Positions 1-9,899 of a stretch of 64,000 bases of DNA are shown one piece after another; positions within the stretch are counted from its first letter, which is position 1; each line of letters opens with the position of its first letter. Made by a program: the position numbers and the translations under genes. Origin of the DNA: Parcubacteria group bacterium GW2011_GWA2_43_13 (GTDB lineage: Bacteria > Patescibacteriota > Patescibacteriia > UBA9629 > GWA2-43-13); assembly GCA_000999025.1 (NCBI GenBank), contig LCFM01000005.1:7087-71086 (forward strand). The letters run 5' to 3'. The notes under the pieces are model-generated. The model was not told the origin of the DNA. It saw only the letters and a list, made by a program, of their open reading frames with translations, and did no database searches.

Positions 1-62
1 TTATTTTCAAGAGTAAAACCCCTTGTTAATAATTCTTTAAAAATTAAATCGTTGGTTTTCAT
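1..62 (-). CDS. 5' end of a CDS running off the left edge (MKTNDLIFKELLTRGFTLEN...), function not determined
   Basis: ATG at 62-60, frame open to position 1, immediately after the stop of the upstream HTH remnant. Confidence 0.5.
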   Translation of the reverse strand, partial: MKTNDLIFKELLTRGFTLEN

Positions 63-66
63 ATTT

Positions 67-246
67 TCATTTAATTAATTCCTCAATATCAACACTAAGT
101 GCTTTAGCGATTTTGCTTACTACAAAAACCGAAGGTTTTTTGATAACCCCTGTCTCGACCTTTGTTAGTGTTGTGTAGGGAACATCTGCCTTACGAGCAA
201 AATCATCTTGGGATAAACCAAGTTTTTGTCGTAGTTTCTTTATTTT
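67..246 (-). pseudogene. 5'-truncated XRE-family helix-turn-helix regulator
   Basis: Translates as KIKKLRQKLGLSQDDFARKADVPYTTLTKVETGVIKKPSVFVVSKIAKALSVDIEELIK*, a typical HTH_3 pattern; no start codon because the frame runs into the tRNA-Ser 3' end and hits TGA at 318-316. Confidence 0.8.
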
Positions 247-247
247 T

Positions 248-337
248 TGGCGGAAGGGGAGGGATTCGAACCCTCGAAGGAGTTGCCCCCTTACGACTTT
301 TCGAGAGTCGCGCTTTCAACCGCTCAGCCACCCTTCC
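248..337 (-). tRNA. tRNA-Ser(CGA)
   Basis: GGAAGGG..CCCTTCCGCCA acceptor stem with encoded CCA, anticodon loop CTCGAAA, long variable arm, GGTTCGAATCC T-arm. Confidence 0.97.
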
Positions 338-417
338 TCGTCGCGGAAAAAATATCGTGCGAGAATCAATTACGCGATCAGCATACTAAAAAAGGCGGTA
401 AAACGCAATCAAACAAC

Positions 418-446
418 ATAGAGACGCCCCGACGGGGCGTCTCTAC
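418..446 (-). repeat. Family A palindrome (GTAGAGACG...CGTCTCTAY), intergenic
   Basis: TAGAGACGCCCCGACGGGGCGTCTCTAC hairpin just after the stop of the 728-aa gene. Confidence 0.9.
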
Positions 447-454
447 ATATCACG

Positions 455-2641
455 CTAATCAACTCGGATTTTTCGATCTAAAAAGGGCAGGGTATTGATT
501 GGGATGGTTTGTTTTGCATCTTTTAGTTCAAGTCGGAATCGGATGGTATAAGTGCCTTTAGGCAGTCCTTTGGGCTTGAGGGTAAATTTTAATGTTGCTG
601 TTTTCCCGGGGTCAATGGTTGTGCCTTTATCAAGAGGCAGAGCCGCTACTCTTTTATCAATCCAATCAGAGGAGTCGTAAAATGGGCTGGTTTTTCCTTC
701 AGTATCCTCTACTATCAATATCAATTGTTTTTTTGCCCATTTTTGAGTGCCGGTGTTTTTTATTTTTACTTCAATATTGGTTTTTCGCCATGTATTTTTT
801 GTCGCAGGCGGCATTGAGAGCGTACCTATTTCTGCTGTGTAATCGTTTGGGATGACGTTTATCGGAAGCAACAGCGATCCGCCTGCAATAGGTTCAGGCG
901 ACCCTGTTTGAGGGATGCGTTTCAGTGTGATGAGTAGGCCGTATTCTCCTGGGTTTGCCGGCGCTTTTAATGGGATACTAAATGTCCCTTGGCTGTTTTG
1001 TCCGATCACTGTTTCCATCGGAATGAATCGTCCGTCTGCCACTGACCATGACTCATGCGCAAGTGGAGTGGGTTCTCCTTTTTCATTGGTAACAGAAAGA
1101 AAAGTGGAATTATTCCGCCATTCTCCTGTGCCGGTGTTTGCAAATGTCAGAGTAAGAGAACTTTTTTCATTCGGTTTCAGCCGATTGGGACCTGATGTTG
1201 ATTTCCATACCGCTGTGTATGTATTCTCCTGTTGTTGGGGATTTGACGTGGCGTCAGGCGCGTCTGGGATGTTTTCGGCGATTTCAATGGTTTCGCCGTC
1301 AGGATGAATATCAAGGACTTTTTGTGGCACCGATTGAATCGTATCTTTTTGCGTTAATGGGAAGAGCGTTTGGAATGTGTAATCAGATGCGATGCGAAAT
1401 TTTTTCCTTTCTGAAATCATGTATATTGAATGTGACGCGTCTTTTACTAAGAGTCCATTCTTGAGAGGTACCGGATTCCCGGGATACCCGCTGTTTATTT
1501 CTTCTGCAAACATTTCTTTTGGCGTTCTGTTTGGATAGTTGAGTTTGAGTATAATGTCATCAATAATCGGGTACTTAAATCCGTTTTGCAAAAAGAATAA
1601 TTCCCCAGTTGTTTTATTTTTTGCCACAACGCCTGTCGGGTCTACTGCTGTTTCATCAATAGGAAACCCGTCGCGATAGGGAGCGATATCTTCCGGAAGT
1701 ACGGTTTCTATTTCTTCGGGATTAAATCCGATTTTTCGTAATGCCTCGGGAGAAACGATATGCCGTTTGAAATCATCAACTAAAAGATAAATTTTTCCTG
1801 AACCACTGTCTTTTACAACAGCATAATTTGAAAATTTAATTGGGGTGCTTTCTGGATACGATGCAATAATATCAGCACTCACCTGTATTGCATCTTCAAT
1901 TCGGTTCGTTTGCAGATATGCTGTTTTTGATATGTATTTCCGGCGTTCGCCATTTTGAATTTTCCACAGTGTTCCGTCAGGATCAAGAAGCACTATTCCG
2001 TCAGGATATCTATTCCCTCCAAAGTATCGGTTCCACACTTTCCAAAAAGAATAATTGCCACCAATGCCTGAATCAGAGCCGTGATATGGTGTATAAATAT
2101 ACAGGTTTGCAGTTGCCTGATTTTGAGGAGTTACTTGGTATCCATCAGAGGTGATGGACGGGACGCCGATTTTAAAGCCGAAACGATTGGGCTGGTCTGA
2201 ATAAATACGGAACGTTGTTGCGCCGGCATCTATTTGATTGGCAATACCTCTATATTTTTCATTGCATCGTCCACCAAAACACGAATAGCCCATAGCCCAA
2301 TCAAGCGCATTTTGTGTGGCAGACGCTTTTTCTATGAGCCCTTGCTCATTCTGAAGTTTTGCCAATAAAAATTTTGGTGAAATATTCGTTTCCTGGCTTA
2401 CAAGCCAAATAATTTCTGAGACCTTTTTTATGCCATCGCTGAATGTATCGGTAATGGTTGCTAACATAGATCCTTTTTTTTCAAGAAATGTTTGGATTGC
2501 CATTTGTGAGAGTGCGTGTTTGTCAAATTGATCAAAATCGGAAATGATAAAATTTTTATTAAAAACCGCGGCGTTGACGAACGCAGGGGCAAGAGAGAGT
2601 GCGGTTATAGTAATGGCAAGACAAAAAAAACGCGACTTCAT
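455..2641 (-). CDS. Secreted multidomain surface protein: lysozyme-like N-domain, short beta repeats, two Ig-like (NBR1-type) domains
   Basis: Signal peptide; SPKFLLAKLQNEQGLI..WAMGYSC..NQATANLYIYTP motif; repeats such as VKDSGSGKIYLLVDDFKRHI; two NTGTxxW Ig-like modules. Confidence 0.7.
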   Translation of the reverse strand: MKSRFFCLAITITALSLAPAFVNAAVFNKNFIISDFDQFDKHALSQMAIQTFLEKKGSMLATITDTFSDGIKKVSEIIWLVSQETNISPKFLLAKLQNEQGLIEKASATQNALDWAMGYSCFGGRCNEKYRGIANQIDAGATTFRIYSDQPNRFGFKIGVPSITSDGYQVTPQNQATANLYIYTPYHGSDSGIGGNYSFWKVWNRYFGGNRYPDGIVLLDPDGTLWKIQNGERRKYISKTAYLQTNRIEDAIQVSADIIASYPESTPIKFSNYAVVKDSGSGKIYLLVDDFKRHIVSPEALRKIGFNPEEIETVLPEDIAPYRDGFPIDETAVDPTGVVAKNKTTGELFFLQNGFKYPIIDDIILKLNYPNRTPKEMFAEEINSGYPGNPVPLKNGLLVKDASHSIYMISERKKFRIASDYTFQTLFPLTQKDTIQSVPQKVLDIHPDGETIEIAENIPDAPDATSNPQQQENTYTAVWKSTSGPNRLKPNEKSSLTLTFANTGTGEWRNNSTFLSVTNEKGEPTPLAHESWSVADGRFIPMETVIGQNSQGTFSIPLKAPANPGEYGLLITLKRIPQTGSPEPIAGGSLLLPINVIPNDYTAEIGTLSMPPATKNTWRKTNIEVKIKNTGTQKWAKKQLILIVEDTEGKTSPFYDSSDWIDKRVAALPLDKGTTIDPGKTATLKFTLKPKGLPKGTYTIRFRLELKDAKQTIPINTLPFLDRKIRVD

Positions 2642-2729
2642 ATCATGGATATGTATTTAAGTTTAAGTAAAGTGAGTATATCATATTTTTTTTCGTTTTC
2701 TCAACGCGCGTGTCTGCGATGCGTGGCTG

Positions 2730-3803
2730 TTATACAAGAAGATTTTCGTATTTTTGCATAACCGTTTCAATAGAGAAGTGTTCTTGTGCGTGTTTTCGCG
2801 CGAGTCCGCCCATGGTTTCCCTCCAATCAGGATGATTGAAAAGGTTAATCACTGCTTGCGCGATCATTTCGCTGTTATGAGGAGGGATAAGAATCCCATG
2901 CTTTGACGGGGTGATGATATCTCGGAGTGGAGGGATATCTGAAGCGATAACAACCCTTTGCGCGGCCATAGCTTCAATTGCTGGCTCCATTGAGGCGAAT
3001 GAATCGTCAGGGCAAAAAGCGAATACAGTAAAATGTTTCATCCAATTTTCACGATGATCTTCTGACCCGACCAATTTAATGTATTCGCGCAGTCCAAGCT
3101 GGGCAACCAGCCATAATATGCGTTGTTTTTCCGGGCCGCTTCCCACAATAACAAGTTGCATATCAGGAATCATTTCTTGTATCAAAGGGATTGCTTTGAT
3201 GATGTATTCAACCCCGCTTCGCTGGTTTAAAGGGGATGCCGTGCCAAGAATAAATCGTTGTTGCTGGTGTGTTGGGACAGAATCCAATGGCAAGGGTTGT
3301 TGTTTGATATGTATGCAGGGAGGGATTATTGAGATATTTTTTTGTCGTATGCCTGTTAACTGCTGGAGAGAAGGGAAGGGGAAGATGCTGTGGGTATTTT
3401 TTGCGTATAATGCATACAGCCATTTCAAAAGTCGCGGAATCGGTTTAGGGAATAGAATGTATGTTGGTATACCGAGCATACGCGCGCAAGGGGCGAAGAG
3501 GATGACGTCGGAACAGGTGGCGCATATCAGCGCGTGCGGAGCGTATCGGATGCGCAGTCGAATGATGCGTATGATATTGATAATAAAAAGGAGCGGGGAA
3601 AAAATGATCCAAACAAGAGAAAGAGATGATGTGAATCTGGGATTGAAAAACATTTTTTTATAGTTTTCGCCGTGATCCGCAGGAGGCGTTTTTGATAAAT
3701 ATACCAGAGCGTGATCTCGTTTTTGAAATTCACGGACTATATACTCAATGTGTTTTTCGTCCTCTTTCATGAGAGTGTCAGTTGCAAGAATAATGCAGTT
3801 CAT
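2730..3803 (-). CDS. Glycosyltransferase family 4 (divergent)
   Basis: C-terminal GT-B motifs (AIEAMAAQRVVIASDI, GILIPPHN); start chosen at the ATGA overlap with the flippase stop. Confidence 0.8.
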   Translation of the reverse strand: MNCIILATDTLMKEDEKHIEYIVREFQKRDHALVYLSKTPPADHGENYKKMFFNPRFTSSLSLVWIIFSPLLFIINIIRIIRLRIRYAPHALICATCSDVILFAPCARMLGIPTYILFPKPIPRLLKWLYALYAKNTHSIFPFPSLQQLTGIRQKNISIIPPCIHIKQQPLPLDSVPTHQQQRFILGTASPLNQRSGVEYIIKAIPLIQEMIPDMQLVIVGSGPEKQRILWLVAQLGLREYIKLVGSEDHRENWMKHFTVFAFCPDDSFASMEPAIEAMAAQRVVIASDIPPLRDIITPSKHGILIPPHNSEMIAQAVINLFNHPDWRETMGGLARKHAQEHFSIETVMQKYENLLV

Positions 3804-5236
3804 AGATGTCGTGTTATGTTTAAAAGATGGTGCGGGATGCGCATGAGGTATATGAACGCGCAATAGAGGGTAGTATAGAGTGCGATTGTCGGGAATAAGC
3901 CAAGGCCGAGCGGTTTGAGAATAAGCGTAATGCCGATTGCTATGAGAAATATGCGCAGTGGATAGTGAAGATGAATAGCGCAGTTCGTTGTGCGTTGTAT
4001 TGTTTTCCACGAGGCAAAAGCAATGCCCGCTTCAGTGAGAATTGTGATAGTGGCCGCGGCGTAATATGAATACAGAGGAATAAAAATAAGATACGCGACA
4101 AGGGCCGACACCGCGATAATGATATACCATACAAGCATACTTTTTTGTTTATTGATACAGATAATCGTTTGCGTGAATGTGGCGCCGAGGAAAATAATCA
4201 TTGTCGCGCTCATGAGCATAACAAAGAGCGTTGAAAGAATATGAAGGTTTTGCGGTTGTGTTAGAAATTCTTTTCCCGCGACAAATTCCATAAAAGGCGA
4301 TGCGATGAGTATGGCTATGCCGATACATGGCGCGGCGATTAAGGATAATAATTGAAACGCCGCCTCGAGCAGTGCGTGGAACGATGGCGTATTACCTTCT
4401 GCCCAGTACGCGGAAAGGCGGGGGATGAATAGTCCCATAACAACAATCGGGATGGTTGTGAGCGTTTCAAGTATGCGGTATGGCACGCCGTACAAACCGA
4501 CATCGCTCATGGGTTTAAATAACGAGAGTATAATGCTGTCTGCTTTAACGTAAATGAGGGTGAAGAGGATGGACAGCGCTATGGGCCATGAAGTTTGTAT
4601 GGTACGAACGCATGCTTGTTTGCTGAAGCGCGGAATAATTGAGGTATATTTTTTTAGGAAAAAGAGATGCATGATCATGGTTGCGCATGATCCAACAATA
4701 AGAGCGACCAGGGATACAATAAGGGCAGATTGATTGTGCGTTTTGAATGCTGTAAAGACGATAACAAGCAGGAGGGTTCTGCCGATGATTTCAGCGTATG
4801 CGGAAAAATGCGTTTTAAAATGTGTTTGAAAGACAGCGCTTGAAAGTTGGGAAACGCTGTTGAATATATTAATGACTGCTGTTAGAAGAATTGCTATTTT
4901 AATGCCAAGCGCGTAGGGGAAGAATAGAATAATAAGAGGCGAGAGGAGGTACCATGCGGCACTGATTGCAATACGAGTGCCCAGTAATTCAGGAAAGTGG
5001 TTTTGGGTATCCTGATGTGGGGTGGAAAGTTCTTTAAGAGCAACGAGGTAAATACCCATATCAGCGATGATGCCGATTGATGTGACGAAAATTGTAATAA
5101 TGTGAAATTTCCCAAAATTATCAGGCCCTAACAGTCGTGTTAATACAAAAAGTGAGCATAAGCCCAATAAGGCATAGATCGCTTTACCGATAATTTGAAT
5201 TGCGCTGTGTACAGCTACTTTTTTAATAAAAGACAT
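3800..5236 (-). CDS. Wzx-like polysaccharide flippase
   Basis: About 12-14 hydrophobic segments, TRLLGPDNFG and KADSIILSLFKPMSDVGLYG MOP-family motifs. Confidence 0.88.
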   Translation of the reverse strand: MSFIKKVAVHSAIQIIGKAIYALLGLCSLFVLTRLLGPDNFGKFHIITIFVTSIGIIADMGIYLVALKELSTPHQDTQNHFPELLGTRIAISAAWYLLSPLIILFFPYALGIKIAILLTAVINIFNSVSQLSSAVFQTHFKTHFSAYAEIIGRTLLLVIVFTAFKTHNQSALIVSLVALIVGSCATMIMHLFFLKKYTSIIPRFSKQACVRTIQTSWPIALSILFTLIYVKADSIILSLFKPMSDVGLYGVPYRILETLTTIPIVVMGLFIPRLSAYWAEGNTPSFHALLEAAFQLLSLIAAPCIGIAILIASPFMEFVAGKEFLTQPQNLHILSTLFVMLMSATMIIFLGATFTQTIICINKQKSMLVWYIIIAVSALVAYLIFIPLYSYYAAATITILTEAGIAFASWKTIQRTTNCAIHLHYPLRIFLIAIGITLILKPLGLGLFPTIALYTTLYCAFIYLMRIPHHLLNITRHL

Positions 5237-5288
5237 ATTTACTATCTATCCTAACGCAAAATGACTGTTTCACCAGTCATTGTGTGGG

Positions 5289-5360
5289 AGCGGGTAGGGG
5301 GAATCGAACCCCCATCTTCAGCTTGGAAAGCTGTAATAATAACCATTATACGATACCCGC
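5289..5360 (-). tRNA. tRNA-Gly(TCC)
   Basis: GCGGGTA..TACCCGCT acceptor, loop TTTCCAA, GGTTCGATTCC. Confidence 0.95.
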
Positions 5361-5532
5361 GTGTCTGTGCCAAAGGCACGGGAAATTCGAAATTCTAAAT
5401 CTGAAACTCAAAACAGATTTTATATTCAAAGTACTGATATAGTAGCAAAAGAGGCCATTTTGTAAAGTCAAAAAAACAACACGTATAATATACAACGTGT
5501 TGTTTTCTGTTGTATGATTAGAGAAAGGGATT

Positions 5533-5760
5533 TTATGACATTTTAGGAGCAACTGGTTTATCTGAACAGCAATGTTTTATAGTCAGAAGAACATACAGCG
5601 CTGAAATTCCAACAAGAATGTAGACGATTGTAGCTAAAACAGGGATTTTCCCGAAAATAATATTAACAATGTCATTTTTGGTAATGCCGTACAGCCCCCA
5701 GTTGAGGCCGCCTATAATGACGAGTATCCACGCAATCATGTCAATTGGATTTTTTTTCAT
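5533..5760 (-). CDS. DUF378 family small membrane protein
   Basis: LVIIGGLNWGL..IVYILVGISALY motif; strong SD AAAGGAGGTGA upstream. Confidence 0.88.
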   Translation of the reverse strand: MKKNPIDMIAWILVIIGGLNWGLYGITKNDIVNIIFGKIPVLATIVYILVGISALYVLLTIKHCCSDKPVAPKMS

Positions 5761-5861
5761 ACTATCACCTCCTTTCAATTAAGGTGTATATTAATGGGGC
5801 GCCTCCCTTTTTATAAGTATACCATAGTTTGATATTAAATTTACATGAGAATTTATTCCTC

Positions 5862-5890
5862 TTGTCATAAAAGCGATTTTTTGGTAGCAT
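5862..5890 (+). promoter_or_regulatory. Sigma70-type promoter for the tRNA-Ile/Phe/Pro cluster
   Basis: TTGTCA-17-TAGCAT with TGn extension. Confidence 0.6.
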
Positions 5891-5939
5891 ACGAAGCGTG
5901 TTTTGAGATATTTTATGATTGCAGGATATAGGTTACTCT

Positions 5940-6013
5940 GGGCGTATAGCTCAGCTGGTTAGAGCGCGTCACTGATAATGACGAGGTCCATGGTTCGAGT
6001 CCATGTACGCCCA
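5940..6013 (+). tRNA. tRNA-Ile(GAT)
   Basis: Cloverleaf, anticodon arm CGTCA-CTGATAA-TGACG; CCA not encoded. Confidence 0.96.
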
Positions 6014-6127
6014 GAGTGATAGTGTATTGTTGCATGTGATCTCTTTCGATGAGCACCCAAGTAGTTCCCAAAAGAGATTCCTTGTAAATGCCGATATAGA
6101 GGTTCAAGTGGTGATCATGAAATAAAT

Positions 6128-6202
6128 GCCGGGATAGCTCAGTGGTAGAGCGAAGGCCTGAAGAGCCTTGCGTCGTCAGTTCGATCCTGACTCCCGGCAC
6201 CA
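6128..6202 (+). tRNA. tRNA-Phe(GAA)
   Basis: Anticodon arm AAGGC-CTGAAGA-GCCTT, CCA encoded. Confidence 0.96.
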
Positions 6203-6226
6203 ATCTTGAGAGCTATCACAATCAAT

Positions 6227-6303
6227 CGGGCTGTAGCGCAGTTGGCTAGCGCACCTGATTTGGGATCAGGGGGTCGTGGGTTCGAGTCCCACCAGCCCGA
6301 CCA
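6227..6303 (+). tRNA. tRNA-Pro(TGG)
   Basis: Anticodon arm CCTGA-TTTGGGA-TCAGG, CCA encoded. Confidence 0.96.
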
Positions 6304-6365
6304 ATTGAAACAAGTCACATTTTCAGAAGAAGGTACGCGCTCGCTGCGCTTGATTGGAGAAGAAT

Positions 6366-6914
6366 ATGGCATGTGTCCTTGCAATGTGTGGAGTTCCGTG
6401 TAGTGGGAAGACGTCTTTGGGACGCATTCTTGAGCAACGCATGGGGTGGCTCTTTTTAGATATTGATGAGATTGCTCGGCAAAACGGTCTGCAACTAATT
6501 ATAGATCCGAGTAACTCTGCCGATGCAACCCTTCGGGACAGAATACGGATGGATAACGTGTATGATTTGTTACACATTCGTGTAGCGAGGGAGTTGAATC
6601 GAGGGATATCTGCGATCGTTGTTGCGACGTATTCGCGACGAGAGCGCTTTAATGCGCTTCAAGAGAACGTTGCGATCGCAGGTGGAGAGTTGAAGGTTGT
6701 ACGATGTGTCTTTACTATAACAGATGAAGAGGTTCAACGCCGACTGGAGTTGCGTGATGGTGACGGCGGATGTGTCACCATTGCGCATGTGAGGGATGTA
6801 GTCAACCGTTTCGAAGATATCGTATATCCCCAGCTTACCGTCAACACGGACACCACTGAGTCGGTTGACACGATAGTTGATACGATTCTTGAATATATGA
6901 AGGTACAACGATGA
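6366..6914 (+). CDS. P-loop kinase (AAA_33/nucleotide kinase-like)
   Basis: N-terminal CGVPCSGKTS Walker A, LDIDEI, RRLELR lid. Confidence 0.8.
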   Translation: MACVLAMCGVPCSGKTSLGRILEQRMGWLFLDIDEIARQNGLQLIIDPSNSADATLRDRIRMDNVYDLLHIRVARELNRGISAIVVATYSRRERFNALQENVAIAGGELKVVRCVFTITDEEVQRRLELRDGDGGCVTIAHVRDVVNRFEDIVYPQLTVNTDTTESVDTIVDTILEYMKVQR

Positions 6915-7068
6915 GTTGTACTTTTTTTTAAAAAAATAAAGGCGGTGTGTCTTTGACTGCCAGTATGTAAATTGCTACTATTACTCTATTGAATTATATT
7001 TATTATAGATGTGATTTTTTAAGAAATATTTAGAAGGAGAATGTTAAGAAGCCATTCTAATAATACAT

Positions 7069-8718
7069 ATGCGTTTTGATGATACAAAAATAACAGAAAT
7101 GCTGGTGCGTGAAAATTATGTGACAAAGGAAGATATTGTTCGCGCTGAAAAATCTGCGAAAACGGCCAGAAGTTCAATCATAGAACAGTTGCTTATCAGC
7201 GGATTGGTAACAAAGGATTTGATTGGTCAAGCAGTGGCTGAATCATTTGGTGTTTTGTATGCTGATTTAAATTCCAATCAGCCGATCTGCGAACAGATAA
7301 TGAAAATTCCCGAAGAAACTGCAAGAAAATGTAAGGTTGTGCTTTTTGCTGAAAATAAAAAAGGAATAACAGTTGCTACTGATAATCCTTCTCAAAAAGA
7401 ACTTCGCGCGATACTGCAAGTAATCTTCCCGAAGCAAAAGATTACCATTGCGTATTCGTTGTTAGATGATATTGAGGCATGCTTTAGTTATTATCGAAAA
7501 TCGCTTGAGACCAGATTTTCTAAAATCATTGAAACACAAACGCGCGTGGCGCCGGAAATTATTGAACAAATCATAGCAGATGCCCAGTCATTTCACGCTT
7601 CAGATATTCATTTTGAACCACAGGGCAAGGAGGTGCTGGTCAGGTTTCGAGTAGATGGCGTTTTACAGGAAGCCGGTCGTATCCCGCGCGAGCATTATGA
7701 AAATATTTTAAATCGCATCAAGGTGCAAAGTAGAATGCGCATTGATGAGCATTTTACAGCCCAAGATGGCGCGATGCGACATGATAAAGATGGCACTATT
7801 GTGGACATGAGAGTATCAGTCGTTCCTACTGTTGAAGGCGAGAAAATTGCGCTTCGTATCCTTGCTTCGTATATTCAGGGATTGAGCTTGGCTGACTTGG
7901 GCATTTCTCACGCACATCAATCCATACTCGAAGAAGCCGTCAAAAAACCATTTGGCATGATACTTGTTACCGGTCCAACCGGATCGGGAAAAACCACCAC
8001 GCTGTACGCGTTTTTGAAAATTTTGAATCAGCCGGATGTGAATATTATGACTATTGAGGATCCTGTGGAATATAAGATGTTGGGAGTCAATCAAATTCAA
8101 GTCAACCCGGAGACGAATTTAGTATTTGCGCGTGGGTTGCGTTCTATTGTGCGTCAAGATCCTGATGTTATTTTGGTCGGGGAGATTCGTGACGAGGAAA
8201 CCGCGGAAATAGCTGTAAATGCCGCGCTGACCGGTCATCTTTTACTTTCAACATTTCACGCGAACGATGCGGCAACCACTATTCCGCGTCTTTTGGATAT
8301 GAATATTGAACCGTTCCTTCTTGCCTCCACACTTGAGGTTATCGTAGCTCAACGGTTGGTAAGAAAAATTTGCGAACAATGCCGTCATAGTACAACAGTT
8401 GCCCCTTCCAATCTTGTGATGCCGCCGAAGGTGGCGAGTAAGTTTTTTGGGAAAAAAGCAGTTATCTTATATCAGGGAAAGGGGTGCCCGATGTGTGGAG
8501 GAACTGGCTACAAAGGAAGGATAGCTCTTTTTGAATGTATTCAGGTAACTCCTGAAATGCAGGATTTAATTTTAACACGACCGTCTACTCAAGAGATATG
8601 GCGTTTAGCTTGCGAACAGGGGGTTGTCTCTCTTTTTGAAGATGGCATTGAAAAAGTGAAAAATGGCATAACCACACTTGAAGAGCTCAAACGGGTAGCA
8701 GAGGTTCCCAAGCTCTGA
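7069..8718 (+). CDS. pilB: Type IV pilus/T2SS assembly ATPase (PilB/GspE)
   Basis: ASDIHFEP, GPTGSGKTT, TIEDPVE, RQDPDVILVGEIRD, CxxC..CxxC. Confidence 0.93.
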   Translation: MRFDDTKITEMLVRENYVTKEDIVRAEKSAKTARSSIIEQLLISGLVTKDLIGQAVAESFGVLYADLNSNQPICEQIMKIPEETARKCKVVLFAENKKGITVATDNPSQKELRAILQVIFPKQKITIAYSLLDDIEACFSYYRKSLETRFSKIIETQTRVAPEIIEQIIADAQSFHASDIHFEPQGKEVLVRFRVDGVLQEAGRIPREHYENILNRIKVQSRMRIDEHFTAQDGAMRHDKDGTIVDMRVSVVPTVEGEKIALRILASYIQGLSLADLGISHAHQSILEEAVKKPFGMILVTGPTGSGKTTTLYAFLKILNQPDVNIMTIEDPVEYKMLGVNQIQVNPETNLVFARGLRSIVRQDPDVILVGEIRDEETAEIAVNAALTGHLLLSTFHANDAATTIPRLLDMNIEPFLLASTLEVIVAQRLVRKICEQCRHSTTVAPSNLVMPPKVASKFFGKKAVILYQGKGCPMCGGTGYKGRIALFECIQVTPEMQDLILTRPSTQEIWRLACEQGVVSLFEDGIEKVKNGITTLEELKRVAEVPKL

Positions 8719-8760
8719 TGTATTGTGTGAAATGTTTCTTGTAAAAAAAGACATTGCGCT

Positions 8761-9858
8761 ATGGAACGTCGCAAAGTAAAAAAACACACATCACGGATCG
8801 CTACTTTCGGATTGCGCTCTGATCGTGATTATTGTATTGAAAATTTAAGCATGCTTGTTTCCTCCGGCATGACAATATTGGATGCCTTTGATGCGGTTTC
8901 TGCTGATCTTCGTTCAAGGAGAATGAAGTGGATTGTGAGTGTTATGAAAGAAGGGATCGAGTCCGGCTCTCCATTGTGGAGAGTTTTAGATAGCGCGCGC
9001 CTGTTTCCCGAACATACCATTTCCCTTGTACGCATAGGAGAAGAGTCGGGAAAACTTTCGGAAAATTTGCGTGTCATTAGCTTACAGCAGGCAAAGGAGC
9101 GTGTTTTTCGATCAAAAATTCAATCAGCCATGATGTATCCGATGTTTGTCCTTTTACTCACAGTTGTTATTGGCATTGGTATAGCATGGTTTGTCTTGCC
9201 TAAACTTGCTATCGTGTTTTCTCAATTGCATGTGCAATTGCCATTGATTACTAAAATACTCATACAGGGCGGTAAATTTTTGAATGAGCGTGGAGTGGTT
9301 GTTGTGCCAATAATCATTGCAAGTTTTGTGTTTTTTTTATGTGTCTTTTTTTATTTCCCAAAAACAAAAAGGATTGGTCAATCTTTGCTCTTTTCCGTGC
9401 CGGGTATTAAGCGGCTTATTCAAGAAGTTGAGATAGCTCGGTTTGGTTATCTTTTAGGAACGCTTCTTCAGGCAGGTGTTATTATTACTCAATCCATATC
9501 TTCGCTTTCTCAAGCAACCGCATTCCCGCGCTATAAAAAATTTTATGAATACCTTGAGCGCAGTATTGAAGATGGAAATTCATTCCAAAAGAGCTTTGCG
9601 CAGTATCGCGCAGTGAATCGTCTTATTCCGACTCCGATTCAACAGTTGATTGTTACGGCAGAGCGATCTGGTAATCTATCGGAAACACTTTTGTCTGTGA
9701 GTGAAACGTTTGAAGGAAAAACAGAAACGACTACGAAAAATCTTACTGTTATTCTTGAGCCGATTTTGCTTGTGATCGTTTGGCTTGGGGTTGTTGCGGT
9801 TGCTTTGGCGGTTATTTTGCCAATCTACGGTCTCATTGGCGGATTTAAAACGCAGTGA
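8761..9858 (+). CDS. pilC: Type IV pilus/T2SS platform protein (PilC/GspF)
   Basis: Two GspF repeats (GEESGKL, AERSGNL), AMMYP, LEPILL..LPIY. Confidence 0.92.
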   Translation: MERRKVKKHTSRIATFGLRSDRDYCIENLSMLVSSGMTILDAFDAVSADLRSRRMKWIVSVMKEGIESGSPLWRVLDSARLFPEHTISLVRIGEESGKLSENLRVISLQQAKERVFRSKIQSAMMYPMFVLLLTVVIGIGIAWFVLPKLAIVFSQLHVQLPLITKILIQGGKFLNERGVVVVPIIIASFVFFLCVFFYFPKTKRIGQSLLFSVPGIKRLIQEVEIARFGYLLGTLLQAGVIITQSISSLSQATAFPRYKKFYEYLERSIEDGNSFQKSFAQYRAVNRLIPTPIQQLIVTAERSGNLSETLLSVSETFEGKTETTTKNLTVILEPILLVIVWLGVVAVALAVILPIYGLIGGFKTQ

Positions 9859-9899
9859 TTTAGCTTGTAGCTTCTTCGTTCATCCTTAAAAAGTGCGCT

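Noticed and set aside
5913-6577. Short ORFs over the tRNA-Ile/Phe/Pro cluster, and ORFs 162-498 over tRNA-Ser
   Set aside because: Spurious frames overlapping tRNA genes.
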